Shown here: positions 55,575 to 64,000 of the stretch, one piece after another
How the letters are laid out: each line of letters opens with the position of its first letter
Position numbering within the stretch: the first letter of the stretch is position 1
NCBI GenBank assembly: GCA_951406725.2
Contig: OX597827.1
Span: 13,888,001 to 13,952,000, forward strand
Length of the DNA: 64,000 nucleotides
Direction of reading: 5' to 3'
From: Octopus vulgaris
Lineage: Eukaryota
Translations under genes and position numbers: made by a program
The notes under the pieces: generated by a model
Seen by the model: only the letters and a program-made list of their open reading frames with translations
What the model was told of the DNA's origin: nothing
The model's database searches: none

Positions 55575-55764
55575 TTATTTTAATAACAATAATAACAGTA
55601 AAAAGAATAACAACAACAACAATAACAACAACAACAATTATTTATTATTATTATCATTGTTGTTGCTGTTATTATTATTATTATTATGGTGATGATGAAA
55701 ATGATGATGTTGATGATGATGATGATCATCATCATCATCATCATTATATCTATCATTATTATCA

Positions 55765-55822
<58 letters not shown>

Positions 55823-55976
55823 ATTTTATATAACTATTCCACCACCACCATATGCACATATGAATTATAACTTGTCTTTGTAATATTCCCTTCATCCAGT
55901 GCCCCTTGTGGCAAATAAAAGAAATCATCATAATCATTATTATATATATTGTATAATAATAATAATAATAATAATG

Positions 55977-56024
<48 letters not shown>

Positions 56025-56143
56025 TATTATTATTATTGCTGTTGCTGCTGTTGTATATACTATTATAATTTTCATTATTATAGGTGCTATTAAAATTATT
56101 TATCATAAAAATTTTTTTCATCATGTGAACAATTTCATAAATA

Positions 56144-56198
<55 letters not shown>

Positions 56199-57190
56199 TT
56201 GCTGCCTTCTTTCACCCCCACCACCATCACCACCACCACCACACACTTCTTGAATCTTATTCTAATTCTCTCCAGCACCATTATTACAAACATTAGGCAT
56301 AACCTGCTACCCTCAACCCCTATGCCATTACCTACTCTTACAACCACCCTAACACCACCACCACCACCACCACCACCACAATATACTGAAATATAATCAA
56401 GACAGCTATCCTTCCGCCATGCCTGCTCCCACCAACACCTTCAAATTATATCAATGTTCACTTTAATACTGTCATCATCATCATTATCATCATCATCATC
56501 ATAATTAGCAGAGGCAGCAGCGGCAGCAGCATTGCCACCAATTACACCGACATCAACATCAACATCAGCATCAGCAATATTACACCATCTCCACTATGTC
56601 GCTATGCTATAATCATCCTACATAATAAATAATATAACTACATCGTACGTATTAGAATCAGGAGTAATTTAGACAACAGGCATCAACACCATCACCACCA
56701 CCACCACCACGTACTCCAACATAACCACCATCACCACCACCACCACAATCATCACCACCACAATCACCACCATCACAACCTGCTACCATCACCACTACCA
56801 CCACCACCATTGCCACCATCACAACTACCACTATCACCATCATCACCACCACTACCATCAGAAGCACATCCATCACCACCACCACCACCACCACCACAAT
56901 CACCACCATCACCACTACCACCATCACATTGGCCACCACCATTGCCACCATCACAACTACCACTATCACCATCATCACCACCACTACCATCAGAAGCACA
57001 TCCACCACCACCACCACCACCACCACCACCACCACCACCACTACCATCACCATCACAATCACCACCACCACTACCATCATAAGCACAATCACTATCATTA
57101 CCATCGCATGTATCACAAACCCTATTTCCCTCATCACCAAGATCACTAGATCATGACCATGACTACCATGACCACCACCACCACCACTAC
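55575..57190. repeat. Cluster of trinucleotide satellites (AAT, ATT, GAT, CAC/CAT)
   Basis: Directly visible. It includes a duplicated ~65-bp unit at ~56800-56870 and ~56935-57002. Confidence 0.9.
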
Positions 57191-58102
57191 AAGTGCTAAC
57201 TTCACCCTAGCTACCATTATTACTTCCACAATTTCTGCAGCCCCTCTGTTGCACTCACCTCTAACTATTGCTATCAATATATTTTTTACCCACTGGCAAT
57301 GTCTGCCTGTTATTAAAACTGTCGCAATCATCTCAAAACCATTAACCCTGTCTTTGCTACCACCACCACCACCACCACCTTGTATATAGTGGTGGCCACG
57401 GGGGTTCAGTTATGGTGTGGGTAGCGGAGATAATAGCGATTTCTAGTATAGGTTGTAATTGAGAAGCTTGCTTCCCAACCACATGATTTTGGACTCAGTC
57501 CCACGACATGGCACCCAGGGTGAGTCTCTTCTGCTATAGACCCGAGTTAACAAAAGTCTGGTGTGTGGATTTGGTTGAGAGAAATTGAAAAAAAAAAAAA
57601 AATAGTTGTGTGTGTGTGTATGTGTGTGTATATGCATGTTTGTGTTTCCTAATCTTGACAGCATGTGCTTGTTGTAAATGAGTGTCGCTGGCTTACAAAC
57701 AATGCCATTTATTTCCAATATTCTGTTATAAAAATATAAAATTATTTTTTGTTGTGTCTGGGGAGAGTGATATTGTCTTAATGCCTTATTATCTAACACA
57801 CTCACCGGTTCGATTTCCACTCATCTATTATTTATAATTTTTCTTCCAAAATTTTCAATGCTTTCAATGGATAAAAGCAACAAAAAGTTTGGAAGAAAAA
57901 ATATGAATAATAAATGAGCAGAAATTGAACCAGTGAGTGTGTTAGATAACGAGGCATTAAGATAATATGGTTCTCCCCAGACACAACAAAATTTGCTTCA
58001 GCACCTGAATTCACATAAAGAATCTTGCAAACCAGATACAAAAACGAAGTAAAATAATTTTTTTTAGGAAATAAGTAACGTAACTTATGTTATGCTACTT
58101 TT

Positions 58103-58505
58103 GCGCAGGAGTGGCTGTGTGGTAAGTAGCTTGCTTACCAACCACATGGTTCCGGGTTCAGTCCCATTGCGTGGCATCTTGGGCAAGTGTCTTCTGCTAT
58201 AGCCCCGGGCCGACCAATGCCTTGTGAGTGGATTTGGTAGACAGAAACTGAAAGAAGCCTGTCGTATATATGTATATATATCTATGTGTATGTGTGTGTG
58301 TGTATTTGTGTGTCTGTGTTTGTCTTCCTAGCATTGCTTGACAACCGATGCTGGTGTGTTTACGTCCCCATCACTTAGCGGTTTGGCAAAAAGAGACCGA
58401 TAGAATAAGTACTGGGCTTACAAAAGAATAAGTCCCGAGGTCGAGTTGCTCGACTAAAGGCGGTACTCCAGCATGGCCGCAGTCAAATGACTAAAACAAG
58501 TAAAA
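58103..58505 (+). mobile_element. SINE family A, full length
   Basis: Consensus match. Confidence 0.9.
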
Positions 58506-59326
58506 AAAAACAATATCTTGGAAATTAATTCCAAGATATTCATGTTCTTTATCCAGGTATTTAATAAGTAATTTGGTGTCTTGTGGGAACATCTAACATT
58601 CTGGGTATATTGAGGATTCATATCTCCAAGGCAGGTTAGCCATTGTTCTGCTGTGGCCTGATTGAAACCTTTTGCACATTTGAACTATGTTCTCATTGAA
58701 GAATAGAAGCCAAGAAATGGTCCTGTGGAGGTTACATGCAACCAATACCAAAGAGACAACAGAAAAAAAAAATGAAATGCGGTTGCTGGTACTGACATGG
58801 CTGTGTGGTAAAGAAACTTGCCTTGTAATTACGAGGCTTCAGGTTCAGTTCCACTGTATGACACTTTGGAATAGTATTTTCTACAACCGAACTGACTAAT
58901 GCCTTGTGAATGCAATTGCCAGGCAGAAACTCTGTGGAAGCCTATTTTATATATATATCGTTAGCCACTACACACATTTTTTTTCTCTCCTTGTTTTTTG
59001 TGTCCCTTTCTGTAGAAGAGCGTAGGTTCGAAACGTAAAAGACTTTTACTATTCCTGAGCTATATACTAATACATCTATTTGTTTTGTACACCACCCATC
59101 TTCGTCTTTTGTTTTTATCCGTAAACTCTCCCTATATATATATATATAATTATAATTTAGGGTATCTAAGAGATACCACCACGCTGGAAATAGCAACCAA
59201 AACCTGACTCTAAAACCACATTAAATGTTCATACAGAACCAGGAGAGAAGACAAAAGGACAAAATAAACTAGCAAAAATTACTGGATAACTCCAGATCCC
59301 AGATTTCTGACTTTGCATAAGAAATA

Positions 59327-59377
<51 letters not shown>

Positions 59378-59380
<3 letters not shown>

Positions 59381-59557
59381 GGAGTAAACACATAAATGTG
59401 AAACAAGGCGGAAAAAAAGAGTATTCAAATACCAGTGGTAGAGTAATATGGTTTATTTAAAGCAGCAGAAAATTCTACAAAACCTGTTACTCTGAGTTTC
59501 GCGAAACTCAGAGTAACAGGTTTTGTAAAATTTTCTGCTGCTTTAAATAAAGTATAT
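59378..59557. mobile_element. Element inserted in (TA)n ending in a 100-bp palindrome, Penelope-like
   Basis: Palindrome 59452-59551, axis TTTCG|CGAAA at 59501/59502, 1 mismatch. The arm begins GAAA-CTCAGAG-TA. Confidence 0.72.
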
Positions 59558-59733
59558 CTATATATATATATATATACAAGTACATATACATGTGTGTGTA
59601 TATATATACATTAGTACATAGTTTACAGATGAGATTGAGGTATTCTCAGTATAGAAGAAAACTTAGTAGTGCTCAAAAGACTCATCATTCCACAAGGTAA
59701 AGAAAAGTTATAAGAGGGATCAGGCTGAGCATG

Positions 59734-59882
59734 TATAGAGGCAATTAAAGGGATGAGCAAATTAGGTGCATCAAATATATTAAATGCATTAAGTACATCA
59801 AATACATAACGTATTTGATGTACTTAATATGTTTAATATATTTGATGTACCTAATTTGCTCATCCCCATAATTGCTTCTATA
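59734..59882. repeat. Foldback hairpin, ~72-bp arms, 5-nt loop
   Basis: TATAGAGGCAATTA..GGGATGAGCAAATTAGGT...CAAATAC(ATAAC)GTATTTG...ACCTAATTTGCTCATCCC..TAATTGCTTCTATA. Confidence 0.85.
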
Positions 59883-59992
59883 TATAAGTACATATATATG
59901 TATGTGCGTGTGTATATGTATGTATGTATGTATATATACGCACACACACACACATGTATGTGTGTATATGTGTGTGTGTATTTATGTGTGTC

Positions 59993-60029
<37 letters not shown>

Positions 60030-60430
60030 TTGTCTTCCACCACCACTTGACAACTCGCGTGGTTTTATTTATGTACCCCATAACTTAACAGTTCAGCAAA
60101 AGAGACTGGCCAAATAAGTACCAAATTTAGAAAAAAGTAATGGGATGGATTTGATTGAGTAAACACTTCAATGTGGTGCTCCAGCAAGGCTGCTGTCCAA
60201 TGACTGGAACAAATGAAAGACAAAAGATATATTTGTTGGTGGTTTTCTGTTTGCTTTTTTTTAATATTTTACTTTATTCTTTACATATATATTTATTCAC
60301 ATACAAAGCATAGGCACTAAAATTCATTCTGAAATATCATTGCCACCATAGGATTGTAGATGAATTCTTAGTTATGATTGTAGGATTGTAGCAGACCAAT
60401 CACATCAATTTCATGCTGAAAATGGACTGA

Positions 60431-60650
60431 TCGTTACCAACCCGGCTGAAACCGCCTCTGGCTCTGTAGTACAAAATGTCTTGTTTTCATAAGTTTTGAA
60501 TTAAAATCTTTCACCAAATCTTAGTCACAATTTATGTTCCTAACACTAACTTGATGATAACTAAGTTATTTTACTAAATTCTTTGTTATATTAAAAATAA
60601 TTGAGAGAAAAACAGAGAATCTCAAAATAAATACAGTAATGAAAGGGTTA
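60431..60650. mobile_element. Probable piggyBac-type MITE with a damaged left end
   Basis: Right end GTAATGAAAGGGTTA. The left remnant TCGTTAC is complementary to it. Confidence 0.5.
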
Positions 60651-60997
60651 GATTGTAAACAGGCACAGGCATAGTTGTGTGGTAAGAAGATTGATTCCTA
60701 GTCAAATGGTTCTGAGTTCAGTCCCACAGCATGGCATCTTGGGCTGGTATCTCTTAGCATAACCTCAGGTCACCCAAAGCCTTGTGAGTGAATTTGATAA
60801 ACGAAAAGCAAAAGAAGATGGTTGTACATATATAATGTACTGTTCCATCAGAGAAAATTCAACAAAAACGTACTCTATCTGATGAAAGATAAATATTATT
60901 TATAAATATGGGTTGTGCCTGAAAATTATGTTTAAGATATTTCTCAGCATACCTGAAACTATTAGCACTTAAAGGCATGTATTGTGTCCTTTAAATA

Positions 60998-61048
<51 letters not shown>

Positions 61049-61694
61049 TATGTATATATATTGAAAAAAATGGTAAGACAACAAAAGAATGAAAGAGACT
61101 TCGATATTATGTAAACAGAGGAATTTATCTGTAAATATAATATGTGACAATTATTCGGTAGACATGATAAAACTCCGAGTTGCGGATGTTGGGGCAGAAA
61201 CCCATGCCGCCATTTCTTCAGTTATCCAGCTATCGAAAAAATGCTATGAAAATGGTTGTAATTTTTTCCAAAAGTTTCTTAGAGTATAGTTCCCTTCATG
61301 GTATAGGTATGTTTTTCATAGAATAATCGATGTAGTAGGCTTCCATATTGAATTCTTCTGTTGGGCAGAGTCCTCAACCGATTTTATATATATATATACT
61401 TCAGTTTTCTCTTGTGTTTTAATTGTACACTATTTTATATATTCATCAACAATTTAGATTCAAATGAATATGGTACTTAATTTAGATGCACCAGAATTTT
61501 GTATGGTGTTATCCATAAAAATTTGCGGGGTGATTATAATCAAAATAAGCAACAAGAATGACTCTGGTAATTTGGTACAATTGTTTCGCACTACATCATT
61601 TTAATAAAAGTTCTAAATATTACAGCAGATTTAAGATGCTGAGTGCTCATCAGCCAAATATATAGGTTTTATATTTTATATATATATATATATA

Positions 61695-62022
61695 AACAAT
61701 AATAAATCTCTGAAACGGATTTTCTACACCAGTGACTGTGGTTACTGTGAAAATCCCTATATATCCAGCCTGTAGGGGAAGTCACTCAACGAAGAGCGGT
61801 GCTTACCATACGTTGACAAGAGGCAATAACCTCGAAACCGGTCCGTATGTAGTATCCGTATCTTCGGGGAGGCTGATCTCCCTTTGCAGGCTGGCAAGGA
61901 CACCGAGATGGTATCAGCCCTTCTGGTGACGTTGATGATCGCCTGGGGCTAAATGCATCAGTAACATCCCCACTACCCCGCCCTGACCCTAGCCACATTC
62001 AGATGGCTGATCCCCCTTATGT
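61695..62022 (+). mobile_element. ~330-bp GC-rich, highly structured retrozyme/Penelope-like non-autonomous element inserted in (TA)n
   Basis: Sharp GC island between TA runs containing a hammerhead, a long rod and two further hairpins. Confidence 0.7.
61807..61849 (+). ncRNA. Minimal type I hammerhead ribozyme (U3:A8 core variant, GUC cleavage triplet, predicted cut after 61843)
   Basis: CATACG-TTGACAA-GAGG(CAATAA)CCTC-GAAA-CCGG-TC-CGTATG: perfect 6-bp stem I, 4-bp stem II with G10.1-C11.1, palindromic stem III. Confidence 0.85.
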
Positions 62023-62100
62023 TATATATATATATATATAAAATAGTGTACATTTAAAATAAGAGAAAACTGAAGTATATACACACACACATACATACAT

Positions 62101-62208
<108 letters not shown>

Positions 62209-63105
62209 TTATTATTCTCAAACAAGAATAACATTGACAGTGACTGTGAAGTTTCGACCAGCTAAGCCATCATCACACTGTTGTGAGTGCTTATGCATAT
62301 ACATATGTCTGTGTGTATGTGTGTGTGTATGTGTGTGTGTGCATATATGCGTGTGCACGTGTGTGTGCATGTGCGTCTGTGTGTATTTTTCTGCCTGTGT
62401 TTGTCTCTCACCATCACTTGACAATCAGTGTAGTTTAGTGATTCAGCAAGACATACCAACAGAATAAATATCAGGCTTAAAAAAATTAAGTACTGAGGTC
62501 AATTCACTTGACTAAAGTCCTTCAAGACAGCACTCCAGCATGGCCACAGCCCAACGACTGGAAGACGCTGAAAATAAAAGGATGACTAAATTTATGGTGA
62601 GTGAACTTACGGTGGTCATTTACGACCAAGCAAAACAACATCTGATTCCATCTCGGTTATGAGATCTGGAGAAGGAAGAGAATCTTTAAGAACGGTGATA
62701 AATATGGCAATTTCCAAAGAACAAGGACAATGTAAAAATGCGTTCTTGGACATTAGATTGTGGTTGATGATGTGCTGGTAAAAAAAAATAGATGGTGGGA
62801 GAGCAAAGGCCAGAGAAATTGGGAATGTGAGACATAATAATGAAAAAAGAAGCAACAAAGAAAAAAAGGTAGGACAAAAAAAATAAAAATAAATGGTATG
62901 AAAGGGAGTATGAAAGCATGAAAAAGATAAATTGAGTGAGAGAGATAAGTTGATAGAGGAGATGTGAAGGCAATATTGGGTAAGTGCAGGGTGGGTGGGT
63001 AAGAGGCAAAACAAATCAGAAAAAAAAAGAAAGAAAAAGGGACTGAAAGCAAAGAAAGGAATCAATATAGAAGTATCTGTACATACATACATATATACAT
63101 ACATA

Positions 63106-63149
<44 letters not shown>

Positions 63150-63329
63150 CACACACATATATATATATATATATGTATATAAGTATATTAGTATACATAT
63201 ATATGTGTGTATATAAATATATATATATATATACATATATGTATGTGTGCATGTATGTATGCAAGTATGTGTTTATGTACATCTCTATATAAATATATAT
63301 ATATACAAGTATATATATATATACATATG

Positions 63330-63390
<61 letters not shown>

Positions 63391-63418
63391 GTATATGTAC
63401 ATGTGTATTTATATATTT

Positions 63419-63452
<34 letters not shown>

Positions 63453-64000
63453 GAATAAAGAGCTCAAAAGATAAAGTTATAGAGTGAAAGAGGGAAGAAT
63501 GAGAGAAGTGAGAGAAAAAGGGACACAGCAAAAAGAAAAAGAAAAACAATTCCTCCACCCCATCCCAAAAAAAAACAAAAAAAAACAGAAAAGAATTTTT
63601 GTAACTGGGGAAAGAGAGAGTATGAGATTATAAGATAGATGGGAACAGAATCAGGAAACCAAAAAAAGAAAAAAAAAAATACAGGGAGACACAAGAAAAG
63701 AGAAAAAAAAAGGGAAAAATTTCCTGGCTTCATTTTTTTTGTTTTTTTATTTTTTACAGATGGACAAGAAGAGAAAGAGAAAGTGAAAGTAAAAGAGAAT
63801 GAGAGAAAAATACGATAGACGGAAGTAAGAAGGAAAAGGAAAAAAAATATGGAAAGAAAAGAGAGGGAACAAAAGAGCAAAAGAATGACCAAGAAGGAGA
63901 AAGAAAGGACAGGAAGTAGAGGGAGATGAGAGAGTCCTGTTGTTCCCTTCCAATTGGACATTGGACAGATTGATTTGATGTTTCCAATTGTGTTGGACTT

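Noticed and set aside
60873-60940. CTGATGA...GAAA hammerhead-like string
   Set aside because: The core is present but stems I-III do not pair convincingly. At best a decayed remnant.
61062-61385. Insert in (TA)n with minus-strand CTGAAGA...GAATAATTGTC
   Set aside because: Probably a Penelope-like fragment, but A15.1 and stem I are missing, so no ribozyme call can be supported.

Overview
AT-rich eukaryotic genomic DNA packed with microsatellites and retroposons. It is most likely a coleoid cephalopod (Octopus-like), inferred from the protocadherin style and the repeat landscape. The only host coding sequence I can support is a protocadherin exon on the minus strand (ATG at 1871, open to the left edge, about 623 codons, signal peptide plus EC1-EC5 and the start of EC6). 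The ORF track missed it because it has no stop codon in the window. A splice acceptor sits just 5' of the ATG, so much of the remaining ~62 kb is probably 5'-UTR intron or upstream region. That region holds several tRNA-derived SINE families, short elements with RTE-type (GAT)n tails, decayed RTE, CR1 and other LINE pieces, a DD37D Tc1/mariner relic, piggyBac-type MITEs and an 8-bp-TSD MITE carrying TTAGGG repeats. The most interesting signal is a set of Penelope/retrozyme-like elements in (TA)n tracts. One is an apparently intact minimal type I hammerhead ribozyme with a U3:A8 core variant at the tip of a ~130-nt rod (61765-61894). A second, unrelated U3:A8 hammerhead lies at 47347-47388. Two long DNA palindromes have their symmetry axis just before a hammerhead GAAA-stemIII-UH half. 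Nearly all ORFs in the track are translations of microsatellites or SINEs. Repeat boundaries were read by eye and are approximate unless a target-site duplication (TSD) or terminal inverted repeat (TIR) is quoted.
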